Positions 25,373-36,214 of a stretch of DNA of 64,000 nucleotides are shown here, one piece after another (position 1 is the stretch's first letter; every line of letters begins with the position of its first letter). The notes beneath the pieces are model-generated. The model searched no databases and was not told the DNA's origin. It saw only the letters and a list, made by a program, of their open reading frames with translations. Source of the DNA: Podospora anserina (lineage: Eukaryota); assembly GCA_017654855.1 (NCBI GenBank), contig CM030338.1, forward strand, positions 3,534,001 through 3,598,000, in the 5' to 3' direction. Position numbers and translations under genes: made by a program.

Positions 25373-27006
25373 ATGCATCTCTCGTTTGCTACATCGATCA
25401 CCTTGGTGAGCTTGGCTGCTGCCAACCCCCTATCGAACCGCTTGGCCAAGCGAGCAGCTATCGATGATTGTCTGCGAACTGCCAATGTGCCTGTTGACGC
25501 ACCCAACTCGAACGACTGGAGGGCCGATTCCAACCCCTTCAACCAAAGACTCAAATATACACCAGTTGCCATCGCAGTCCCGACCACGGTTGCGCAGGTG
25601 CAGGCTGCTGTTTCATGTGCTGCCAAGGTTAAGGTCAAGGTCAACCCCAAGTCTGGTGGACATAGCTATGCATCCTTTGGGCTTGGTGGTGAAGATGGCC
25701 ACTTCGTGGTGCAGCTGGATCGTATGAACGCTGTCACGTATGACTCGGCAACGGAGATCGCAACCGTCCAAGCCGGTGCTCGTCTTGGCCGCGTCGCGAC
25801 AGCTCTCTATAACAACGGCAAAAGAGCGTTCAGTCACGGAACATGTCCAGGGTATGTTGCCAATACATCCGCCTTCTGGCATGGTTGGAGTCAGTCACTC
25901 TCCTTTCTATTTGACTACTAACCGTTTTCGTTAACTTTAGTGTTGGGGTTGCTGGGCACTCTCTGCATGGAGGTTTTGGATTCAGCTCTCACACCTACGG
26001 CTTGGCCGTCGACGCCATTGTTGGAGCAACCGTGGTGCTCGCGGACTCCAGCGTGGTCGAAACATCCCAAACTGAAAATCCTCACATCTTCTGGGCGCTG
26101 CGTGGTGCGGGGTCCAATTTTGGAATCGTGACGAGTCTCAAGTTCAAAACATTTGCCGCCCCTTCGCAGGTGACGGTTTTTGCCATCAACCTGCCATGGA
26201 CTAATGCGAGTGCTATTGTACAAGGCTGGTCCACCATTCAAGACTGGCTCAAGGCCGAGATGCCCAAGGAGATGAACGGTCGTATCCTTGGAAACCGCAT
26301 GCAGACACAGATCCAGGGCCTTTACCACGGTACCCAGGCTCAACTCCGGACGGCGATTCAACCCCTTCTCACCAAGCTCAATGCACAGATCTCTCAGCAA
26401 CAGCAGTATGATTGGATGGGCGCATTCTCCTACTACACCTATGGTCAGCAGGTGGATGTTTCGCGTCCTTACAACTTGGTGCGTTCGAAGGACTCCAACC
26501 CATGACCACAAGACTAACCGTCATCTCAGGTCGAAACATTCTACAGCAAGAGTCTAGTCACGCCCGCCTTACCCAGTAATGTACTGCAAAACGTTGCCAA
26601 CTACTGGATCCAAAAAGCCATGTCCAACAATCGTAACTGGTTCATCATCATCGATCTATATGGCGGTGCCAACTCGGCCATCACAAAGGTGGCCAGCAAT
26701 GCAACGGCCTATGCGTTTCGCGACCCCAACAATCACCTCTTCCTTTACGAGTTTTACGACCGTGTAAACTTCGGCTCCTACCCATCAAATGGGTTTGAAT
26801 TCCTAGACGGCTGGGTCAAGAGTTTCACCGATGGGCTCGCCACAGACCAATGGGGAATGTACATCAACTATGCCGACCCGACTATGAATCGAACCATGGC
26901 GCAGGATGTCTACTACAGAAAGAACCTGCCGAAGCTGAGAGCGCTCAAGACAGAGCTTGATCCCACCGAGCTCTTTTACTACCCACAGGCTATTCAGCCC
27001 GTTTGA
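25373..27006 (+). CDS. Secreted FAD-linked oxidase, berberine-bridge-like (CAZy AA7, glucooligosaccharide-oxidase-like)
   Basis: Signal peptide and KR site; KSGGHSY, HGTCPGVG, FWALRGAGSNFGIVT and C-terminal YINYAD..DP motifs. Exons 25373-25851, 25941-26478, 26530-27006. Confidence 0.93.
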
Positions 27007-27166
27007 TTGTGGAGGATCAGGGCTTGTGGCACAATGAAACGAGGGTCTTTGATCTGCACGGGGTATTTAGATATTTGTACAAGAAAGCTGAACAGGCATC
27101 ATACCAGAGAAAGCTGGCACCAAGCGAAAGAAGCAGAGTATCAACCCTTGTTTTATCCGGAATAGG

Positions 27167-28463
27167 TCAAAGCTCTTGTCGAGTGAGTACTTGGTCTCTC
27201 TGGGTAGACCATGCTGCCTGAAGCAGTCTCCTGTCCACTTCAGCACCGGCCTCGTGTTCAGACACCTTGAGTCTCAAAAAGCGCTGACCAGTGACCCCCT
27301 TGTCATAAACCCACTTGTTTGATCCATTTTGTTCAACGTGATTGTATCCATACTCTACTCCGAATTCAAAGAGATCACCCAACCCCTCCATTGCATACAG
27401 CACCGTCAGAGGATCGAAGGACGGACGGGCTGTGGTGTACCCGTAATAGACATACGCAGCCTTGACCGGGTCATCCCGCGGGCCTTCGTTGATCAGACGA
27501 AGGCCAGACGTTACATTTTGCCCTATCTCGAACCCGGAAAAGGTGATTGGGCTGCCCTTCCAAGTATTGACAACATGAGCGGTGATAGATGGGTTGCTCT
27601 GGCAATGTTCGTTAGTATGCTTGCCTCTGCTTGCCTCAGGCTACCCACACTGGCAGGGGTAGGAGACAGATGAAAAGACCATGTGGCTTTGGTAACTCAC
27701 GCCCCAGAAGTTGTATTCGTAGCCGGAGGGATATTCACCACCCATGATTACCAGTTCCGAGACTTTGGCGGCGATAAGATCGGGACCTGAAAGCGGTGAA
27801 TAGATATCTGACGAGGAATTAAGAAGCCCAGACAACTGTGTTCAACAGCACGATGATAGTTAGCGTCTGAACAAGGAAGCATGGCAGAAGCTAGAAATAG
27901 ACCGGTAGGGGAGGCAAATATATCAAACATTATCAAAGAATCCAATGGAAGTGATAGTGACGCTTTGATCAGGGGCGTCGGAGAGGATTTTTCGATACAG
28001 CGCGACTGGATCCCAGGCATCCTCGGCATGGCCCCAGGGCAACGAACCTCCAGACCAGTGATAAGCCACTTTGCTTGTGTATTCGCCTAATTCAAAAAAC
28101 CAAGAGTCGAAGAACGTGACATTGGTCAGTGGACGCCGGATCCCGATGGGAGTATTACTGCCATAATGGGCCAGAATGGCAGATGCTGCCAGGGCCGAGT
28201 AGGTGGAGGGGAAATTGATATTGACGGCGAGAAGGTCGGCGGAAGATGATGTGGCTGCGAGCAGCAGGGCTCCGGCGTCGCTGAAGTCGGACATTGCGCA
28301 ATGAGTCAGGAGAGAATAAGGCACAATTCTGAGGCAGATCGACTCACTCAACATCACTGAATAGATCAGTGTCTATGATGAGGCGTTTTGCTGTCGTTGG
28401 AGAGGCGGCGTGTGCTTGTATTATGCCGGCGAAAGCCAGGAGAAAAACAAGGCGATGAATCAT
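27167..28463 (-). CDS. Secreted inosine/uridine-preferring nucleoside hydrolase family protein
   Basis: Signal peptide, then LIIDTDLFSDVDDAGAL (DxDxxxDD-type), SIGFFDNL, LVIMGG..EYNF, SFDPLTVL. Introns 28347-28281, 27928-27836, 27700-27599. Confidence 0.85.
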
Positions 28464-29236
28464 AATGTTCGATGTTGTTGTATGATGTCGTGAGGTTGTT
28501 GGCAAATGATGTTTAAGAGTGACATCAAGGTCTTGGCTTGTAATGTTGGTGTAGGGTGTTACTCATGGCCAATGGCATGGTGGGTACCCTTCCGCCTACC
28601 ATATTCTGTCACGGGTACACGAGGCTTGCACAGTACACTCAAGGTGGCACGAAAGCAGTTGGCGGAAAACATACCGGCTGGCACCCTGGATACAGGTATA
28701 TATATATATACATATATACATACAAACTTGGGTTCGGCGCAGGGCAGAGGTGGCTGCCCAAAACGAGATCCCTTCTAGTGACATTGAACCCCTGAAACAC
28801 CCTTTTCCTTTGTCACGTAACGCATTGGTTGATTGTAGTTGACTTATCCTTGTAGCGTCGTGCTCCAAGAGAACGCCAGTCAACAATGCTTGCCCAAGAA
28901 AGTTAACTAAGGCAATTCGAAGCCAGTGATGCACAATTGGCTAAAGCTTACGGTTCCCAATGGCACCTATGACATACAGAGTTGCCCCCTCACTTCTCTT
29001 ATATCAGAGAGCCCCAATGACTCCAAAGAGAGGGAGTAGATCGTAATCGGAGGCCATGAACAACTCTGCTACGTCAAATAAACCTTGTGGAGTTGGCAGC
29101 GCCAACTGCACCAGAGGCTTTACAACGAACCCCTTCCCGCCGCCCCCAAACGCCATCTATGCTATTCTATGGTCTATACAATTCGATTCCCACTTTCCGG
29201 CCACCCGTATCTACCGCCCTGTTCTCGGACTTTGGC

Positions 29237-30364
29237 TTATGAGTCTCGGCCAAGGCGCTCCTCGTCATCGTCCCGAAGTTCATACGCTGGCCGGAATTTA
29301 GATGCGCCTTCGCCTACAGCCAAGGCGGGATTCGGACGGGTATCAGTGACGCCGCCAAGGGACGTGAAGCCACGGTTGTAAAGATCGCAAAATGGGATAT
29401 CAAGATGCCGGATAAACTTGATCAATGGTTGTTAGCGTCACTCGTCTGGTGTGCAGGTGACGACGTGCTGAACTTACTGCCCAGATTTCAACATAATGCC
29501 AGTCGATCACAGGATGAATGCGCATAAACTGCGGCCAGCCCGCATCAGTGGGGTTGAAGTGCGAGAGAAACTCCCCATGGGGATCGGTCCGTCTTGTCCC
29601 GAGAAATATGGCTCTGATCGCGGGACGGTCCAGCAAATATGCCTCGAGCGCGGGCCGCATTGGTAGCGCATACCGTTTCAGGTCGAGATTGTACTCCTGC
29701 GCCGTTCTCTCCACAAACTCCTCGACCTCGGTAAACGGATGACGAGAAACAATGTATATCGACTGGAGGGACTTGTTTGTGTGGAAGCTGTGAGCCGATT
29801 CAACGGGTTCCGACGTCGGCGGTTGTGATGGCGGAGTCGGAATCTCGGACGGGGCTGCGACAACACTCCCAGAGGAAGTCGGCGGGCTGATGCAAGTTGG
29901 CAAGCAAGCCAAGATTAAAATCAGAAGCACGAGACAGTCCTTGCCGCCGTTGTACGAGAGAGAGAGGTGATCGAGCCTACACGGTTGCATCCAAAGACAG
30001 GTCAGCGTCATGTCGCAAAGGCAGCACATCACAAACGGCACGGCCCCCGCCTCACCCCGGGCAAGAAATGACGCAGCACCTACCCATATTGGCGCAGCGC
30101 CTCCTCGATCACGCCAATGGACACCCGAATCTGGCTCTGCACATTGCGCAAGACATTGTCGTTGGTGATGTCCTCGGTAAGGAAGGCATCGATCTTGCCC
30201 CGCAGCTCGTAGCATATATCTGGCAGGGTGCGCTGCGGCGGTTGCGCGACGGGCGCGGGTTCACCTTGCTTCGCAACTCCGTTGGTTCTCGGGATGGTCT
30301 GGGAAGCGACGGCGTTGTCGTGTATCATGGCGGTGGTGTTGTTGCTGGCGAATGAGCAAGACAT
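29237..30364 (-). CDS. FAD1: FAD synthetase (PAPS-reductase family)
   Basis: SLSYNGGKDCLVL, GTRRTDPHG, WPQFMRIHPVIDWHY, YNRGFTSLGG, ERLGR. Two introns near 30082-29977 and 29477-29418 (approximate). Start codon uncertain. Confidence 0.9.
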
Positions 30365-30733
30365 GGCTGGTAAAGTGAAAGTTGGCCCCTGCCAACCTCT
30401 GTCAGATGCCAGACCCGACTTCGATGGCCGCGCCCCCCAGCCCAGACATCATGGCAATCTAGGGTAGGTTGGTGGACAGGGGTAAGCGCGGGGCGGCAGA
30501 CCGAAGTTGGCCCGACCGCCCGTTCTCCGTCAGCCGCCCTAACCGTAATTACACGCGCTGTTACGGATTGCTCATTTGGCTGCCGATGCACTAACAGAAG
30601 CTGCCGCGGCATCGCAGCAAGGTCAGGGGCCACTAACAAAAACATTTCCACCCACTCGACTGGTCAAGCTCCAGCGAAGAGTTCCACATGAGATGGCTCC
30701 AAAACGTCGAGCTGGACACGCATTCATGCCACC

Positions 30734-32240
30734 ATGACCACGACGGCCAAGGACAAACGCATTGCCAGCAGACTCGAATGCCTTCCCTCGGAACTCATCG
30801 AGCCTATCCTGGCCAACCTGACATTCCGAAATATCATTGCACTGTCGATATGTGCCGAAGACAACTGCCAACGGGCCAACGCTCTCGTCATCAGCCCAGC
30901 ATGGAAGGACATCTGGCCTGTGTATGTGGCTCGGAAATCCGAGTTTCAGACAATCATGTCTAATAGTACCCTTGGGCGGCGGGAGCTGGTTAGCTTGATT
31001 TCCATTTCTCTCTGCTGTTATTGTTCCACTGTTGCTGATGGAAAATAGGCATGATCCTACAGATGGCGAGCTAGATCTGACTCCGGATATGTTTCGTCGA
31101 AGAATGGCACGCGGAAATGAACTCTATGGAAACGGTTATGAGTTCTTTCAACATACACATACCATCGTGTTTGAGAAGTTTCTGGAAATCACGGCCAGGG
31201 TCGGTCTTGTGACATTGTCATTCTTGTGCCAGGAACTTTCACTGAAAGAAATAGCGGCAATAGTACCTTGGCTTACCAGTGAACCATTCCCGGATGCCGA
31301 TGAACTGCGCCGCGAGCTCTACAGAGAGATGAAAATGCTGAGATGCGCCTGTAGAGTGGACCCTGGGTCATATTCAACACCACTCGCAACCAAAGGCCAG
31401 CAACGTGTTTTTACACGGCCCGGGTGCCGCCATAAGCATACCAACCGACCGACACCGGGAAGATCGCTCCCACAAATAAAGGCCTTCATGGATGGATATT
31501 CGGCTGCACAAACACGGCTCAACGCAGTTAAGGTCCAGCAACTCGTGGCATTGGCCGCTCAATACTCTCGCCACTACACCCCACTCAGGATGTCATTGGC
31601 ACCGCAATCTCCACGCCAGAACATTAGCCACATTCCACAGCAGCTGCGAGTGGTTGCCGAGTTCATACCTAGGATTCTAGATCTTGATCGTCGCCGTGAG
31701 CCAAAAACATCCAAACATGGCCACTGTCGGTTTCGTTACCCGCATGCTTGTCTCATACCCTATGACTGGTGTCTCCGCCTCTGGACCAGTGTTGTAGAAG
31801 CCTACCCTTCCTTGCTGGACATCACAGAAACCAAGCCCCATCGTTCTTACAATCCAACCTCCACCCGTCCACATCTCTCAGTGTCTTCAGATTGCTTTGC
31901 AAGGGCTCGACAGGTGCTACGAAAAGCCTACAGTGATGAACAGTAGACCGTTCACGATGGGAGTCCCAGTCTCACGAACCGAACTAAACGATGGTGCGTT
32001 TGTTCATTTCGCAAGGTCTTGTGGCCTCTCCGAAGGAGATAAGCTGACTGTTTCACAGGTGTTCCAATATTTTCGATGCACGAAAAGCCGCTTGATTTAC
32101 ATCTTTGTGGGAATGCCCGCTCCATGATCGATAGCCGGGAAATTGAGTGGCTGGATGCGTTCCTCCAAGCAGTTGAGTGGATGGAAGATACGTTCCCGGA
32201 GCTTGTTGTGGAGATCATGTGGGACGAGGCTGAGGCATGA
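30734..32240 (+). pseudogene. F-box-like protein gene, apparently frameshifted
   Basis: N-terminal RLECLPSELIEPILANLTF (F-box-like), 304-codon middle ORF and REIEWLDAFLQAVEWME tail. The natural intron 30989-31048 joins the frames only if a frameshift lies near 30960; another frame break lies near 32125. Confidence 0.45.
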
Positions 32241-34422
32241 TGGGCCGTGGCAAAAAAGGAACTGGTTGATGATATTTGGAGTGATCGTCCCGTTTCGCCA
32301 TGTCAAATCATCTGTCCCCGTGTGGCTAAGTTGTGATGCGGGCTTCAATGGACTGTCAACTACGCCTTCTTTGCTGTGCGTGTGTATCTTGGCTTGGCCT
32401 TGAGCCATGACTTGCACGTGGTGAACAGGTAAGGTATCTAGCCCTGATATGGTCTATCGAAAATTACAGGGCTTCATAAAGCAAGAGAGGACTGTTTTGG
32501 CGCCACTTATATGTTTAACTACAGTTCAAGAGTTGAGCCATATTCAAGGGCCAGTCACTATGTTGCGTAACCTGTTGACGATCCTCAAAAACTCGTTGCC
32601 TGTGTTTCAAGGCCTATTCAAGAGGTCCAAGTAGAAAGGCATATATTGGATAGCTGTTTGGAGTTGGGTGGAGAGCACCAAGAAGACTAAAATAATAGCC
32701 TACATAGGTACCTGTGTACATTGAATGGCCCTTTTCACTTTGTACCGCGGAGGGTATTGTTTCAGGGGATTATCCAAACAAAGTTTAATTATACAGAAGG
32801 GCATGCAAGCTTCTTTTTCCAAATTCATCCTTCACCTTTGTGTGTCAACATCGACCTCCACTGCGCCATAATGTTTCAGAAATCACTTCCAGACAGGCGT
32901 CCCTTCCACTCCCCGATTGCAACTGGCCACAACACCTTCCCGGCGCCATCCTCCACGCCGTCCATCTCAGGCGCAGCAGACATGTCCCCTGGATCTGTAT
33001 TCACCACCAGGCCTTGTCTTCCACACGATAGAAGCTTCTGGTTGGGCGATCATGTTGATGGCAGCTTTCGTTATGTTGGTATGAACGTATGCCCCATTTT
33101 TAGCTGCATGTTTGGTTTCATTTTCAAAGACTCCCTCCAGGGATGAGACGGTGATAGTGTATCCAAGCGGTCTGAGGTCCTTGCCTCCTTGCGTACTCTT
33201 GTCAACGCCAGCTCGCGTTGGCTGCCCTAGCCTTTCCCGTTTGCTTTGACCTGGCGCTGGACCACATTTAGCGTCTCCGTGAGCTTCAGTGGAGGGTCGC
33301 GGGGATAAATCAAGATGCATGGTAGATCCCATCACAGGAAATAACTCCCTGTAGAGGATAAGGAGCACAAAAGCGTTGACCTAGTGCAACGACACCATGT
33401 CTTTATATAGTATTTCGGAGAGAGTCTGGACAGAGGACGATTCAAAGTAAGGATGTCCCAACTCTATACGACGATCAGCCTTAACACCATCAAAGAGGAC
33501 CACGTTGTATTGCTGAGAAGAGGCCTCATACAGGCCGGAATCAGGGTCGACAATCATAAGACGATATAGCCACTACTCGAATCTGGTTCTTAAGAGTATC
33601 GCAACGGTGCATGGTTGTGGTATCTTGTGGTAGTTAGCCTAGATTAACACGAGCACGGGTGCCAAGGGCGGTTTTTCCGCTCAGTTGGAGTGACCCGGGA
33701 AGTGAGTGAGCTGAGTCGGCATAGCTGAAGACACCGCATGGTCGACACATTAATTTGTATACCAACTTGGAAGTGAGGGTCGTGGAGTAAGTATTTGCAT
33801 ACATAACAGAGACGAGAGCGGCTTGGCAGTCAGCAGCTGATATGCCACTGGACCTCATCCCGCCAGTTACAAGGTGACAGTTCGGCAGGTCTCGATCCAT
33901 CAGCTTGGAGACTCAACTAATGAAATGGCAACTTCATGACTAATTGTCAGTTTAAGGGGCTTCGAAGAACGATAATATAGGAGCCTAGTACAGAAGAGGG
34001 TGTGTAAATAGTAATGATGAACTAAAAAGAATCACTGTAAAGTAGAAACTGTATATGGACACATTCTTTATCAGTATTCGCATATTACACTTTATAGGTG
34101 TTAGGGTAATATATAGCTTTTATTACCTAAATTCCCTACTACATTACTATTTCTATATTTAAAATCAAGGCCCTGGTCGTTAAAACCCAAATTATTAACC
34201 TTCTAATATTTAAATTTTTAATAATCTCTTAATAATAATAACTAGATAAAAAAGGAAGGCTAGCGCGTAACGTAAAATAAGTAAATAATAGCCTTACTTA
34301 ATATTAAAGCAGTAACGTTAATATATATATTAAGGGACTAAAATAACTCTACACCTCCATTTGTAGGGACTTAGCTAGCTAAGTGTTACAGACCAACCAT
34401 ATAGCAAGGCAGAGTGGAGACT

Positions 34423-34820
34423 TGTGACGAACCTCTATACAGAACCTCTGAAAGGGATACGGGTTGAAGGTAACTTCTGACAATTGGTTCGGTGCAGCTA
34501 AACAGTATACAATAAGATGTCTCAATGTAAACACAAGGTACCGTAAATACAATTGTGAATTGCATACTGCGGAACTATTTGCAAGCTATCTAGTTCCTCC
34601 GTATATATAGACCTAATGCTAAGCCTAGATTATTCTATTTCTCCCCGGATCATAACCGACTCCTAAGGATCATAAGTGATTTCTGGAAATCGCTTATAAT
34701 TCCTTCATGTCCCGGATGATCCACCTCTTACTGGTCCATCCTCCTTTCTCTTGATTAGCTGCCGTGCCTCCTCTTCCCTATTGGTTGTTCTTTGCGGGTG
34801 TCCACATTATATTCGTGATA
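34423..34820 (-). mobile_element. Gypsy solo LTR (shared R-U5, distinct U3), no TSD
   Basis: TGTGACGAACC..GAACCTCTGAAAGGGATAC..TTCCTCCGTATATATAGACC block shared with the other LTRs; ends GTGATA (RIP of GTGACA); flanks AGACT/AGGTT differ. Confidence 0.8.
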
Positions 34821-35527
34821 AGGTTTAGAAAAATATTTGGGATGCTTTTAATTTTTGAAGGTTTTTTCGCTGGATTGAGTCTCCCAAAAAGGAAATTTTC
34901 TTCGTTTGTTTCGCGCTTATAGAGATAAAGAATGCTGTAGGTTTAACTCTCTATACGCCCTTGATTTTTTTAAAAAAACATTTTAGTAGTAAGCTTAGCT
35001 GCATAAAGCTTACTATATAGCTTTTTAATTTATTTTTTTATATAAAAATATATCTAAATAGCTCTTAATATAGTTTTATTCTTATATAAAACTTTTTTAA
35101 AAATACATATAAAAAATAAATTAAAAATCCGAGAAAAAAAATTGAATAAATTTTTAAAAAATTTTAAAATTAAAAGGTTATAAAAAAATATAAACCTTTT
35201 TTCTTTTAAAAAAAGAAAGAAAAGATTAAAAAAAAAGATTTTTAAAAAAGATTAAAAAAATCAAAGATTTGTAGGTGCCTTAAATGCGGAGCGGAGCGGA
35301 GTTTCCCATATAACTTTAATCTTTGTAGGAGGTAGTGCGTAGATATTAAAAAAAGTAATGCAGAAAGATAAAATCATTAGAATTTTTGCAAGAGGTAAGC
35401 TTACCTAAGTATTTACTATAAATAGCTAGAAATAACGTAAACTATTTAAATCTAATTATACCTGCATGTTAGTCTCTATAAAGGTTGAAGTTTGTTAAAA
35501 TTAGTTTCCGTGAGGCTTATTTTACAG

Positions 35528-35673
35528 TGAAATGGTGAGAAAACACACAAAACAACCACAACACCACAAATATACCCTCAACAGGTCTCAGAATGAACAC
35601 ACCTGCGTGACAGTGACTCGCTCGCAGGCCGCACTACACGTAGGTCAAAGAAAAGACACTATGGGCTCGCAGG
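35528..35673 (-). repeat. Truncated inverted copy of the 361-bp LTR-like element at 40806-41166
   Basis: Reverse complement of about 41020-41166; cut at the LTR starting 35674. Confidence 0.85.
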
Positions 35674-36013
35674 TGTTACGGTTCTGGAAGACAGTGGGGC
35701 CACGACGGACCAATCAGGACTGGACCGCGCAATCGAGCGGGGCTCACGGTCCAGGTGGGCAAACGGACCAATCAGATGGGGACCGGGGACCGTCTGTAAG
35801 TCAACGGTCCACGGTCCCAAGGTCTATATATACGGAGGAACTGGCTGGTGTAGATAGACAGTTCCGCAGTATGCAATTCACAATTGTATTCACGGTATCT
35901 TGTGTTTACATTGAGACATCTTGTTGTGCACTGTTTAGCTGCACCGAACCCATTGTCAGAAGTTACCTTCAACCCGTATCCCTTTCAGAGGTTCTGTACA
36001 GGAGTTCGTCACA
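35674..36013 (+). mobile_element. Gypsy solo LTR, no TSD
   Basis: TGTTAC..GGTCTATATATACGGAGGAACT..TTCGTCACA; flanks GCAGG/CGTTT differ. Confidence 0.85.
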
Positions 36014-36144
36014 CGTTTCTTTCGATCCTAATATAGCCGGTCCTTCCTTTTTAATTCCGTAGGGTACTGCCAGTAACGCGCCTTTTATTTCCTAGAGTAA
36101 TTAAAGTATAATACTAATTATACTTAAGTCCCTTTATACTTTTT

Positions 36145-36214
36145 AACCTCGTAGTATAATATATAGTACGTTAGTTACTACAGTAAAGGTGCGGGTTCGA
36201 TTTCCGTCGAGGTT
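36145..36214 (+). ncRNA. tRNA-like module inside the Gypsy 3' region (antisense to pol)
   Basis: 7-bp acceptor-like stem AACCTCG/CGAGGTT, A-box-like TAGTATAAT, T-arm GCGGG-TTCGATT-TCCGT; 70 nt long. Confidence 0.7.

Noticed and set aside
28696-28724. (TA)n/TACA microsatellite (also 54781-54820)
   Set aside because: Ordinary simple repeat with no further structure.
34348-34380. Hairpin followed by CTAG as a Helitron 3' end
   Set aside because: Weak stem, no following T and no Rep/helicase remnant visible.
35532-36062. 176-aa ORF and similar ORFs at 39924-40364, 46450-46635 and 60562-60944
   Set aside because: Chance ORFs across GC-rich LTR sequence; no protein motifs.
36145-36214. Functional host tRNA gene
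   Set aside because: Embedded in a retrotransposon and RIP-damaged with imperfect D and anticodon arms; reported only as tRNA-like.
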